DNA of 64,000 bases from Felis catus (Eukaryota), in assembly GCF_018350175.1 (NCBI RefSeq), contig NC_058368.1:196666001-196730000 (forward strand), read 5' to 3'. The position numbers were made by a program, and so were the translations under genes. The notes beneath the pieces were generated by a model. The model was not told the DNA's origin and ran no database searches. It saw only the letters and a program-made list of their open reading frames with translations. Below, in pieces: positions 52,631-64,000 of this stretch. Numbering within the stretch: position 1 is the first letter of the stretch; each line of letters opens with the position of its first letter.

Positions 52631-55600
52631 AAGATATCTGAATGTTCAGAATTATCCATCAGTTTTTGAGATTCATCATGCTTCATACTTCACTCTCCCC
52701 TCCCCACAAAACCCTCCTGCCAATGTCCTATAAAACTAGGATAAATCAGAATTACAAGCTGTCAGAGCACGAAGGGGCTTAGAAACTCGTAGTTTAAGCT
52801 TCTCATGGTGCAGAGTAGGGAGAAGGGTCCTCTTCAGCTTTAGTGGTAAGATGGTAGAGAGCCAGACCGGAACCCAGATCCCGTCCTCCCGGCGCTGGAC
52901 TCTGCCCACCGAACATTAGGTAATGTTTGACTTGAAATCCTGCACCCAATTCAAGGTCAGGCGAGCCAACCTGGGTCATACTGAGGACTGTTGACAGGTC
53001 AGGATGAGAATCTGAACCCTGCAGGCCTGGGGCCAGGCCTTGGGCCACACTTGGCTCTGGCTGCCGTCCACTCAGGGTTCATCACCGTATCAGAAGCCGT
53101 GCTTGGGGCTTCGCCCTCCTGGGTGTTGTGGGCTGACAATGGCTCTGCTCCCCCACTCCTGCCCACCCCCAAACTCTGCAGCAGACGCGGCCTTTCCACC
53201 TGGAGGCCCAGGCACTCATTGCCGGTCCCTCCCCCTCCACCCCACCCAGGACACAAGGCCCTTCACCCACATCTCCTCTCAGCCTGGGGACAGGGAAATG
53301 GTCACTCCCTTGCTGCCAGCCAGAGGGTGTTAGTAAATGCCAACGGAAACAGGAGAACTCCAACGTGGAGGGACTCTGTCAACACTCTATCAAACATCAC
53401 AGAGCAACAAAGCACCAGGGCACAGCAACACGGGGGCAGGGGTGGGGGTGGGGGGGAGACAGTGCCTGCCCTGACCTCACCACCTGGCATACTCCACTCG
53501 TGTCGCCCTCCCCTGCAGGTCTGTGCCCTCACCCCACCAGCCTCCAATCGGGGCCCGTCCAGGCTCTTTCCAATGTTCTTTCTTGCCAGACGTCTCAAAA
53601 GTCGATACTGGCACAAGCCTTTCCTGACGGCCCCGTCTCCCATTATTTCCTCTTCTGCACCCCTCAGCAGCCGCTCGCTTGCCCCCATTCTGTCTCCTGA
53701 TTTGCTTCCTCATTTCTGTGCCTCTAGAGAGCTCGTGAATGCAGCAGCCTGTCCGTCTTTCCATCACTGTACCCTCCGTTTCTGGTATACAGCAGATGGT
53801 CGATAAAAACCTGAAGGCAGGAGCGTCGTGTGGTGCCCGAGGCGGTCCAGCCACACTCTGGGGGGGAGGGCGTACCAAAATTTGACCTTGAGGGCAGAAG
53901 AGGCAGCCCCTCCCCCAGACGCAGGAGTGCCTGTTTCTGAGCGCTTACGATGCACCAGAATTTGCATTTGTCTAAAAGATGGGGAGACTCGAGGTCAGAG
54001 AGGCTTACTGATCCGCCCATGGTGGGTGGCCAAGGTGCAGCGGAGGTGGGACTCAAAACTCAGGACTCTCCCGCAGCTGCGCTCTGATTCAGAGCCTGGC
54101 TGTGATCAGATCATAATGGGGCTTCGGTGTCGTGAGGAGGAGCCTGAAACTACCTAGTAGTCAACAGAAATCTAGGGAAGACCCTTCTGAGGAGGGGCTG
54201 AGGAGGGCTCTTCAATCTGTGACATTCAAAAACTGTCTTGTTGGGACCTAGTCTAGGGCACCTGCTCCCTAAGACTGGTCTGCCAGGAAACTCACTGTCA
54301 AACACAAGACATCGGACACAGGTCATCTCTCCCCTGTGTGATGCTTCTAGAACCTTCTGGATAATCGCTTCCCATGGACTCCTAGAAAATGGTGGAGGGG
54401 AGGTTCTGAGATCACACAGTCCCACTTCCTTTTTTTCAAATAAGGAAACTGAGGCCATAAGCACCAGATTTTGTCTGAGATTAGCCAGCCACAGCCAGAC
54501 AGTTACAGATCCAGGATGTCTGGCCTCCTGTGTTGGCGGGGGAGCCTGGGCGGAAGGGGGTGGGAAGAGCTGGGACTTGCAGGGGAGGGGTGATCTTCAC
54601 TCTGTGAGGTCCCACGAAGCTAAGCCTGTAGCTCATTTATCCTAAGGAAGCCCCGGGACAGCCAGAGCCACCCAAAGATGGTTCCAGGCGGCCTTGGAGG
54701 TAGTGAGGGCTCTGAGACTGGGCGTGTGCAAACACAGCCTGCGTGGTGGGGTGGCGGCGGTGGGGGGGGGGGATGCAAGCACCAGATGGTGGGTGGTCTC
54801 CAGGAGATAGATAGCCTTGAAAATCCCCTTGACTCAGAGAGCCCGCCGCAGCCCTGCTCGGAGCCTCCTTCCACTGCTGTCGGGGTTCTCTCTGGCCACT
54901 GGAGGTCCAGGTGGAGTCAAGAAGCCTCACAAACCTCCTCACCTCCTGCCCAGTTGTAGGCTGGGGGTAAGAGAGAGACGAAATCTTCTTGCCAGGGACA
55001 CAGGCCCCCTCACAGCCCTCGGTCCGGGGGATGCCTCCCGTATGCCCTCCCCAAGAGCACAAGGTATGTGCCGAGAACCAGCTGATGCTGGTCCGTACGC
55101 GTGAGCAGCCGGCCGCTCTGCGCTCTGCGTGTGTTGTCAGGAGAGAGCTTTCAATCCCTACTTCCAAGTGTTCCCTGCTTGGGAAGCTAGAGCTTGGGAG
55201 GGGGTGGGGCGGTACAGCCTCATGGGGAGAGAGGACCAAAGAAGGCAAAAAGTTGGGATGGAGGGGCGGGGGGAGGCGGCAGGGGGGGGGGGGCACAGGC
55301 AGTTTCCTGAGGAGACCCAGGCTGTAAAAGGAGTGAAGAGGCCTCCGTGATCCATGAGGGACGAGGCAGCCACTTAACTCTTCCCTCCCAGCGTGGGAGG
55401 GTAGCGTGGGATGGCAGTGGAATTTCCCAACACATTCCTGGGCACAGAGCCCAGTGTGCCCCCTCCCACTCCTGGCTGTCAGCACAACTCAGGCCAGGCC
55501 TTACCACTGAGCATGGCCTGGCAATGGCCCAGGGGGTGGGGGGCTTTGGGAGGTAAGTGGAAAGAGATGTGGGGCGGTGGGGGGGGGGGCAAGCTCTGGA

Positions 55601-58600
55601 GACAGAAGGAGCGGCCTCGGATCCTGGCTGTGCCAACCTGGGCAGCCTTGGCACGCATTTGGGGACTTCTCTCAGAAGACGAGTTTCCACATCTGTAAAG
55701 TGGGCAGAGTGTGTATGTTCGCGTGTGTGTTTGAGATGACTGGGAACATTTCTCCAAAGCCCCGGCACACAGCATAACGCTCGACAAACGGTAGCTGAGA
55801 CCCAGCACACACAGCGACAATGACAGAAATGGACGCAGACGGAGTCCTAGCCCTGACCCTGCTGCTTAATTAAGACCAGTCACACCACCTTTCTGAGCCG
55901 CAGGCCCCACACCCGCAAATGGGATTAACAGCCTCCCTCTTGCAAACAAAAAAAGTTGTTCCTGTGGTGGAAGGGCGGGGGGGGGGGGGGGCAGGGGGTG
56001 GGGTTAGGAGTCAGGGCCAAGAGCCAGTCAGGAGTACGAGGGTGCGTGCCCTCGAGTACACGCAGAGCACCTCACCCCATCTGCTGCTAGAAGGGAAAGG
56101 GTTACCGGGCTATTTCTATCCTCGTCTGAGAACCACACAGTCTTGTTCAAACTTGTCCAAAGGCTTAGGGCTCACAAGTGGCTGAGCATAGATACAAACG
56201 CAGGTCCAAAGGCTGAGGCCACGGTCCCTCTGGGTGGACCATTCCCCTGGTCCCACCAGGGCCACCTGGTGAACTCACCGCACCCTAGGCAGAAGCATCC
56301 ACCTCGTGCATGATCTCAAGACCCCCTGGTCTCGGGATGCCAACCGTGGGCGGTACCACTGCTAAGGGGCATTTGCGAGCTCCAAGTTGGTACAATGATT
56401 GGGGTGCCTGAGATGCTAACTGTCCCGACTGCACGGGCAGTCCTACATGCGGCGAAAAGCTGTCCAGACTAAAAGGATTTTGGCACCCCTTTCGGGACAC
56501 ACTGAACATAGGCCAATTTTACAGTGCAGACGGGGCAACTAAGGCCCACAGAGAGGCAGGAATTTGGTCGCACAGTAAGGTAGCAATGGGAAGGAAGCTA
56601 TAGTCAACTCCTCTTGCTCCCAGCCTAGTGCCCCTTCATGACCTTTATCCCTATGCTCTGTTGTCTTTTCTATGACACCTGTCAGAGAAGTGTAGGAGTG
56701 GAAAAGAAAGTTCGTAACCAAGACGGAGGTAAAGCGATGCGGTCATGCCTGGGCAGGGAAGAAAAGGAAGGATGGAGAGTGCGTGGTACAGTCAGCATGC
56801 TCTCAGTGCTCACCACTAGGGGGCAATGTTGGCCTCAGACAGCTTGGTTGTGTTGGAAGCCAGTTAAGGGGAGGTCAGGGAGGGGAAGAAGGGAGGATTC
56901 TATCGATTAACTGATCTCTATCTCACTTGATTTACTTTCCTTATGGACCATCCAGCACCTAGCACCACAACTCCCTTCTGTGCCAACTGTGGAGAGAGGC
57001 ACAGGGCAGGGGGAAAGGGAAAGGGGAGAAGAGAGTCAAAAGACAGACGCAGAGCTGAAAGCCAGAGACCCAGAGCCCTGAGTACTTCCTGGCTCCCATC
57101 CTAGGACACGAAGAGAAGTAGGTATCATTAGCTGAAGCCTTCAATACAAGACATGCCCAGCTGCAGACTCAGCATCCCTTTCTAGATCGCTCAGAAAATG
57201 TTGGTCTCGAGTGCCAGCTCCAATGGATTGGGAAGGTTGCCTGAAGCCCTGTTTTGGCAAAGGAATCTGTCCAGATTCAGAGGACAGAGTATGGTGATTG
57301 ATTAGTTCTGTCTGCCATGGGTGCTGTAAGGGGAGTTTCCGCTTGTGTGACATCTCAGACATGATTTTCTCCCTTCCAGGAAGCCTGTCCATGCCTCACT
57401 CTACTGTACCCTCCAAGCAACCCAGGCAGTGGGCAGGGCAAGAATGATGAGCTCCTTCGAAGAGAAGGAACTGAAGGCCAAGGAAACCGTCTAAGGTTAC
57501 AGAGAGTTGGCGGATGACAGGTTTGCTGCTAGGTCCCTGCCCCTGCCCCTGCCCCCACAGTTATGGCTACTGCAATAAAACCCCGAGGAGGGGTGAGAGT
57601 TCACCCACGTGAGGCTGTCCAGAGGCCTCCATGGCAGGGAGCTGCCCCTACACACCCCTACACACCCCTCACACACCCATCACTGTGCATGAACACGCCC
57701 ACCAAATGAGGAAAGGTCGGCCAGTCCAGGTGAAGTTGTGTAACCAGCCCCATTGCTGGTGCCTACCCCACGGCGGCCAGCACAAGCCACAACTCGCCCT
57801 GCTCTCTGGCTGGGGGACATGTTGTTCAGTTGGGCCGTGGTCCCGAGTCTCACATGAGCTGAGGTGGAGGGACCACCACAAAAGGCCATGCTGGGCAGTG
57901 AGGAGCACTGGATGTAGAGTCCAGAGTTTTGGATTGAGGTTTCAGCTCTGCCAATCACCCACTCTGGGGCCTCGGCCAAGTCTCCACTTCCCACGCTGGG
58001 CCTCAGTTTCCTCTCTGTTCAATGTGGATTCGTGGCCTCCAAACGCCAGTCTGTGGGCTAGCTATGTCAGAGCTACCCACGCACGAGGACTCCAGAACCC
58101 ATAGACCAATCCCAGTCCCGGACCAAGCGAAAACCTGGGATGGGGCCTGGTATCATCCACCCTGTGAGCCAGTTCCCCAGAGGACTCTGGGGGTTCTATG
58201 GATAGAACCCAACCCCTGGGCACAAGGCCCTCAGCTCTCAAACCTGCCACCTCATCCCTTGGGCGAGTCCTGGAGGACTGTGGCCATTTTCTGAGCAAGC
58301 CAACGGGGCCTAGCTGCAAAGGACAGTATCCGGCTCAGTGCAGGGCAGAGGCAGAGGGGAGATCGGGTGAGGCTCAGACCCTGCCCAGCAGGCAGGTCAC
58401 ACCTGGGGCAGCCACTCAGTCATGCGTATCCCGGAACACCTGACTCCCTGAAAGGCCTGGGTTATATGCGATGCAGCCTGCATGCCCAATGAGCCAGTGT
58501 GAAAGCTGGGAGTCTGAGAGATCGTCCCAAGCCCCACTTTAATACTCAGCTGTGATCCCTGTGGTCAAGTAGTTCGTCACGGGACCAGACCCCGGCAGGA

Positions 58601-58983
58601 CGACAGCAGCAGCGAATCTTTATTGAGCCCTTACTCCGTGCCACACCCACTGCTGAGTGGTTACCTGTATCACCCCAGTTACACTTCGTAAGGATATAAA
58701 ACTATGTTATATTTTTAGCCCCATTTTGTGGGTGGGGAAATTGGGGCTCATGGCACACAGTTAGTTGACGGCAACCCTCCTGTGCCCTCTCAACAGAGTG
58801 GGGCAGGGGGCTTCGCCAGGCTCCCTGCCTCACGGCTGCTACGAGGTACCAAGCCCTCGACTTCCTAATGGGGCTCAGATGCCGCTATCATCCTGGCCTC
58901 TCCACGAAGGGCATCAGGGCAGAGCTGAACTCAGGACAAAGGCCTCATTTGCTCTCCTAACTGGTGCTAAAATGGCCAAAACA

Positions 58984-59203
58984 GGGGCGCCTGGGTGGCT
59001 CAGTCGGTTGAGCGTCCGACTTCAGCTCAGGTCACGATCTCGCGGTCCGTGAGTTCAAGCCCCGTGTCGGGCTCTGGGCTGATGGCTCAGAGCCTGGAGC
59101 CTGCCTCCGATTCTGTGTCTCCCTCTCTTTCTGCCCCTCCCCCGTTCATGCTCTGTCTCTCTCTGTCTCAAAAATAAATAAATGTTAAAAAAAAAATTAA
59201 TTA
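58984..59203 (+). mobile_element. Young feline CAN-SINE
   Basis: Perfect TSD taaaatggccaaaaca on both sides. Confidence 0.95.
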
Positions 59204-61589
59204 TAAAATGGCCAAAACAGGCAGGGCTCCGGCTGGGACCCTGAGGCACACCAGCAGATACCTCCTTTCTGAGGGACTGGCCACGCAAGCTGCCGTGGGG
59301 CCCCACGCAGGGTGGGGTGGGATCCTGGGGACAGAGCGCCGACATCCTGGAGAAACACCAGGAAGGTGCAGGAGGGCCTGGCACCCTGGGCCCTGACCAC
59401 AGTCACCCAGTCCCAGAGAGTCACCATCGAGCCCAGGCAATCAGGTCTCCTCCTGCAGAAGTTCACACTCACCTCCTCCCTGAAAGGCCGATCCCCACTG
59501 CTCTACCTGCTTCCACCTTCGGTCTCCAGCGAGGCTAAAAGCCTCCCTGCCTGGGCCACCTCAGGGGCCCTCCTGGCTTTTGAGTGCCCCCCCATCCCCC
59601 CGCCCACCACATCTGGTGGCTTCGTAGCACTCTCTCAGTGTGCAGCCGCACACTGATTTGGATCCTTGATTAATGTCTGTCTTCCCCCAACCTCATCCCT
59701 TTCCACAAAGACGGGATGCTATTGTGTTCACTTGCCCAAGGTTGGCAAATGCTGGGTACCCAATAAATGCTTACTTAAGCAAGGAGCAAATCCAGTGGGG
59801 AGGCAACATGCAAAGTTGGGAGTAAGCAACACCCGGCAGAAGCCCAAATGGGCAGAGATCACTCAGGGTTGGGGAGAGAAAGTCAATCAGGGAGGTTTCC
59901 TGGAAGAGGAGTTAGGCTTTGAAGAGTGAGTAGGAGTTCAACAGTCATTCAAGAGAGCGGAACCTCACAAGGCTGGGGTGGGGGGTGGGGGCTTCCTTTC
60001 AAAGGGAGGGGACCAGGAGGGGTCAGGCTGGAGGAGAGCAGCCTGGCAGGGACAGTAGAAGCTGTCTCGCCCTATCCTGGCCCGTGAGCCAGACAAGGAG
60101 CCCCAGCCGGCTTCCCTCTGTGGGGGCGGGAGGCATCGGCTGAGAAAAACCAACTGCCAGGTTCAGTCATGAGCCACACCCCCCAAAACACCGGCCAGAG
60201 ACACTGACAGGATGTCAGGGGGGCACTGGGGGCATCAGGCTTGGGGGGCATGGCTGTGCTTCCTCTGGGGCTGTTTTGATTAATCAAAGGCAGGTAGGTC
60301 TCACCTGACTGCCGAAGCCCTCACCTTAGCAACCTCTGTCCCCCAACCCCGTCAAAGCCCGTGTGGCCGCCCCAAACACCAAGAAGTCACAGACCGAAAG
60401 CACCAGCCCAGCCGGCACTGGTAACCAAAAACAGCAAGCACCACAGCCCGGGAGAAAACACCATCCTCCAACAGCACCACAGCCGGCACCCTTACCTTGA
60501 AGGCCAGATGCCTCCGTGGTGGGACTGTCAACACGGGACACGGGCATCGTGAATGAACGCTGCCACAACGCCTTTCGCAGGGTCACAAGCACTGTGCCAC
60601 CAACCCCCCCCCCCCGCCCCGTGCACCACCTCCACCGCTCAGTTCTAGAAAACACAACAAAGGTCACGGCAACACCACGCAGCCCCCACAGCCACGTCCG
60701 TGTTACCAAACGTCGCGAGGTCATTAGCACAAACCCCAAGAGCCAGCACGACACAGACCCGCCACACCCTAACCTACCATCCACGGGGGCCAACAATGTC
60801 CCTGCCAAATTCCCTCCTAGAACATCATCACCACCAGCCCAGCACGCTCACAGCAAAGGCCTTCACCACCAAAGCTGCTCTGGCCCAACACCAAACGTTG
60901 CTCCTGGGTCTGCTTATCTAAAGGTCACGTGGTAGGTCAGAGCGGACCCTCGAAGGGCTCTCCACCCCCAATACGGCGTGGGGCTGTGGTACGCCCAACC
61001 TGCTTCTGGACTCTGCTGGTTCCTCTCGCTGTATGATGTGCACCCTGACCACACCCCACAGCCACAGATCAGAAGCCACGTGGGAGTCCGGCTGCCCGCC
61101 CAACTCTCCTCTTGGCCCTTCTGGGACCTACCGTCTCCCCTCCTCCCCACCCTCACCCCAATTCTCAGTCACATTCTCCAGATCAGTCACCCTGGCTGAA
61201 CTCACAGGGAGTTGCTAGTAGACCAGAAGGGTGAGAGTTTTTCAAAGCTCCCAAGGGCTCTGACACTGAATGCCAACCCCCTGAGAATCCCTACAGTACA
61301 GCTGACACCAGCACTTGGGGGAAAGAAATGCCCCTGCAACCCTCTATGCCTTTGGGGCTCTATCTAGCCCTCACTGACCTTGGTGTGGTTAGGGGAGAGG
61401 CAACGTGAGGTCTGGCAGCGACAGCACCGGTCACCGGGAAAGAGACCTTAGGGGTGACCTCTAAGGTCCTGCTGCACAGACGTTCCCCAGGACCTGTTGC
61501 AAGGGCAAATCTCCTGCAAAAAAGCTGGCAGGACAATGCCTATGGCCCTGGGGTTTTAGGGCCACACCATTAGAATGGATTCGTTTGCA

Positions 61590-62165
61590 GGGCGCCTGGG
61601 TGGCTCAGTTGGTTAAGCCTCCAACTTCCGCTCAGGTCATGATCTCACAGCCCGTGAGTTCGGGCCCCGCGTGGGGTCCTGTGCTGACAGCTCAGAGCCT
61701 GGAGCCTGCTTCGGATTCTCTGTCTCCCTCTCTCTGCCCCTCCACAACTCCCTCTCTCGCTCTCTCTCTCTCTCTCTCTCAAAAAAACAAATAAACATTT
61801 TTAAAAACGCAAAAAAAGAAAAAAGAATGGATTCATTTGCCAGGGCTGCCTGAACAAAAGACTGGGAGGTTTAAACAGCAGAAATGTATTTTCTCACAGT
61901 TCTGGGAGCTAGAAGTCCAAGACCAAAGACCAAAGTGCCAGCAGGGTTGGTTCTGGTGAGGATTCTCAGCTCACAGACAGTTGTCTTCTTGCCGTGTCTT
62001 CACGTGGCCTCTTCTCCGGGGTCTCACTTAACCTTACTTAACCTTACCTCATTAAGGGTCCTGTCCCCAGGTACAGTCACCCTGGGGTTTAGGGCATCAA
62101 TACAATAATGGGCAGGGTTTTGGGGCGGGGGGGGGGGTGGGTGGGACGGAATTAAGTCCACAAGA
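61590..62165. mobile_element. CAN-SINE (61590-61824, plus) inserted at the edge of an MLT1A-like LTR (about 61830-62165)
   Basis: TSD agaatggattcRtttgc; LTR sequence tttgccagggctgcc...cagaaatgtattttctcacagttctgg. Confidence 0.85.
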
Positions 62166-62325
62166 GGGAGAAAGGCTCAGTATAGCACCCTCAGGTTAGG
62201 AATCTGGCAGGCCTGGGTTGGAAACCTTCACCTCTCTGAGTCTGTTTGCTGTCTGCAAATCTGGGATGATGCACCTAAATCACAAGATCGTTTGAGGATT
62301 AAAATGAAATGTAAAGCAGATGAAA

Positions 62326-62483
62326 GCCGGAGCCAGCTTGGAGAGGTATTCAGTGGCATCACAGTGGTGGCGTGAAGTTGGCCACAGTAGGGAAATTTAC
62401 ATCACGCAACCTGGAAAATCCTAAAATTCCGGGCTCCTCAGACGACCCCACAGCCGGTTGTTACCCATTTACCAGCAAACCCA
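62326..62483. mobile_element. MER63-like hAT-Blackjack fragment
   Basis: ttcagtggcatcac...atttacatcacg...agccggttgttacccatttaccagca. Confidence 0.6.
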
Positions 62484-62506
62484 TGAGAAGTAAGGTAGGG
62501 TAAGGC

Positions 62507-62729
62507 TTTTTTTTTTTTTTTTTAACGTTTATTTATTTTTGAGACAGAGAGAGACAGAATATGAATGGGGGAGGGTCAGAGAAAGAGAGGGAGACACAGT
62601 ATCCGAAACAGGCTCCAGACCCTGAGCTGTCAGCACAGAGCCCGACGTGGGGCCCGGACTCACGAACGGCGAGATCATGACCTGAGCCGAAGTCGGAAGC
62701 TTAACCGACTGAGCCACCCAGGGGCCCCC
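62507..62729 (-). mobile_element. Feline CAN-SINE, sense to the gene
   Basis: Poly-T then reverse-complement body; TSD gggtaaggcttttt at 62498-62511 and 62731-62744. Confidence 0.94.
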
Positions 62730-62757
62730 TGGGTAAGGCTTTTTAATTGGTGCCGCC

Positions 62758-62997
62758 GGGGGCGCCTGGGTGGCTCAGTTGGTTGAACGTCTGACTTTGG
62801 CTCAGCTCATGATCTCAGGGTTCGAGGGTTCGGGCCCCGTGTCAGGCTCTGTGCTGACAGCTCAGGGCCTGGAGCCTGCTTCGGATTCTGTGTCTCCCTC
62901 TCTCTCTGCCCCTTCCCCACTCGTGTTCTCTCTCTCTTGCTCTCTCTCGCTCGCTCTCTCAAAAATAAACATTAAAAATAATAATAATAATAATAAT
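62758..62997 (+). mobile_element. Feline CAN-SINE with (TAA)n tail
   Basis: TSD taattggtgcYgcc at 62744-62757 and 62997-63010. Confidence 0.94.
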
Positions 62998-64000
62998 AAT
63001 TGGTGCTGCCAGATAGGCAAATAGAACAAGGAAAAAGAAATACGGTTTGCTATATCTTTCTACATAAAATTGGCAGAGGAAAAGAAAACACTTCTACTAA
63101 AATTTTTGTAGCACACAGTGCAACATGATATGTGGTACCCATTACTCCATGCCTTCCCCACCCCCAAAATCTGACCTCACAGGTCTGAGACCACACTCAG
63201 CTAGATCCCGCCTCTGTGCCTTTGCCCACAACCCTGCCCCCTGAATAGCTCTTTAGACCTGGGCAATCAGGGCCCGCCCTCGCTCTGGGTTTTGCATCTT
63301 AGAGGGCATTGCTTTGGCTCTCCCCCAGACTCCAAATGCCTAAATGGCGCTGAGCCTGTTCCCAGACCCCGTGCAGACCTCCCCCTGCCGCCCCCACTCA
63401 GGTCCATCATCCACAGGACAACAGCACAGCACACACAGGGTACACGTACTCTACTCCTAGGCTCAAGGGGTGACTGAGCAGCTGTCGGCTGCAGGGAAAA
63501 AGGCAGAAGGAGCTTGGACACTCAGCTGGGGGCACCTGCGTGCGTGTGCATGAGACCCCACACTATGCAGGCTGGGAACTTCCATTTGTACTCTTGTCTT
63601 AGCCTCAATAAACCAGCCATTCCATTTCTTCGAGGTTCTAGAACATGCAATTTGGCAGTGGTGATGATTTTCCGAAGCCCAAGGTCCTCAACTCTTCCAG
63701 AGTGGCCCCCACCAACTTAAGCCATAGCCGGCCTTACCCTATAATAATTTTGGGTCACGTTTAATCACGTAAGTCCTTATGACTGCTCTGGTATTGCTCA
63801 AGGTATCTCATGCCATTCCAATAAACCCTTGTATTTCCATAATATTTCCTGATTTTTAGCTTAACGCCACCCTTGGAGGAAAAAGAAGGTGCTACTATTC
63901 CCAGTTAACAGATGGAGAAACTGAGACTCCGAGATGGTAAGTTACTTGCTAAGGGCACAGAGCTACTGACTGCCTATGTCTCCTCCTAACTGGATGATCA

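Larger units (their letters stand above)
49656..53891. promoter_or_regulatory. Candidate intronic enhancer region with three perfect ERR response elements, a DR1 and a MEF2 site
   Basis: TCAAGGTCA at 49656-49664 (+), 52951-52959 (+) and 53883-53891 (-); DR1 AGGGCA-A-AGGTCC at 50233-50245 (-); CTATAAATAG at 50575-50584. Motif evidence only. Confidence 0.45.
17882..64000 (-). other. PPARGC1B: PPARGC1B intron 1 (3' portion)
   Basis: No exon-1 peptide (MAGNDCGALLDEELSSFF-like) seen upstream of exon 2; repeat-rich sequence; mammalian PPARGC1B intron 1 is known to be very long. Confidence 0.85.

Noticed and set aside
31108..55485. Long intronic ORFs (31108-31866, 52991-53806, 54637-55485)
   Set aside because: Non-ATG starts, Pro/Gly/Ser-rich composition, overlap with L2/MIR remnants and no recognisable domains; expected in GC-rich intron.
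15585..56280. Isolated consensus donors (GGTGAGT on minus near 15590, 51112 and 56278) as cryptic exons
   Set aside because: No supporting acceptor, frame or homology; such 7-mers occur by chance.
395..63024. Recurrent similar peptides in the ORF track (AWVAQSVKRPTSAQVMISRF...SLSQK)
   Set aside because: Translations of CAN-SINE copies, not a gene family; the tRNA-like heads are SINE-derived rather than tRNA genes.
17882..64000. miR-378a hairpin expected in PPARGC1B intron 1
   Set aside because: Neither ACTGGACTTGGAGTCAGAAGG nor its reverse complement was seen; the miRNA lies close to exon 1, outside this window.

Overview
This is mammalian DNA, almost certainly from a cat-family (felid) genome, since it carries 22 CAN-SINE/SINEC copies with target-site duplications (TSDs). 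The window holds part of PPARGC1B (PGC-1beta, a nuclear-receptor coactivator) on the minus strand. Coding exons 2-8 lie between 17881 and 2261. All have GT-AG boundaries and join in one open frame containing the LxxLL boxes, acidic tracts, the LTPPTTPP motif and the HCF-1-binding motif DHDY. The remaining ~46 kb (17882-64000) is part of the large first intron. Exon 1, the intronic miR-378 and the RRM-encoding 3' exons were not found in the window. The introns contain ordinary SINEC, MIR, L1M, L2, MLT1 and hAT (MER) repeat fossils. I found no new protein-coding system, and nearly all ORFs in the six-frame track are spurious. The best leads are non-coding: a cluster of perfect ERR elements with DR1 and MEF2 sites in intron 1 (possible autoregulatory enhancer), inverted SINE pairs bracketing exon 2 (possible circRNA or exon skipping), a head-to-head SINE hairpin, a SINE orientation bias, and splice-site features that could modulate the LxxLL motifs. 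Repeat family names and human comparisons are from recall and need RepeatMasker/alignment confirmation.
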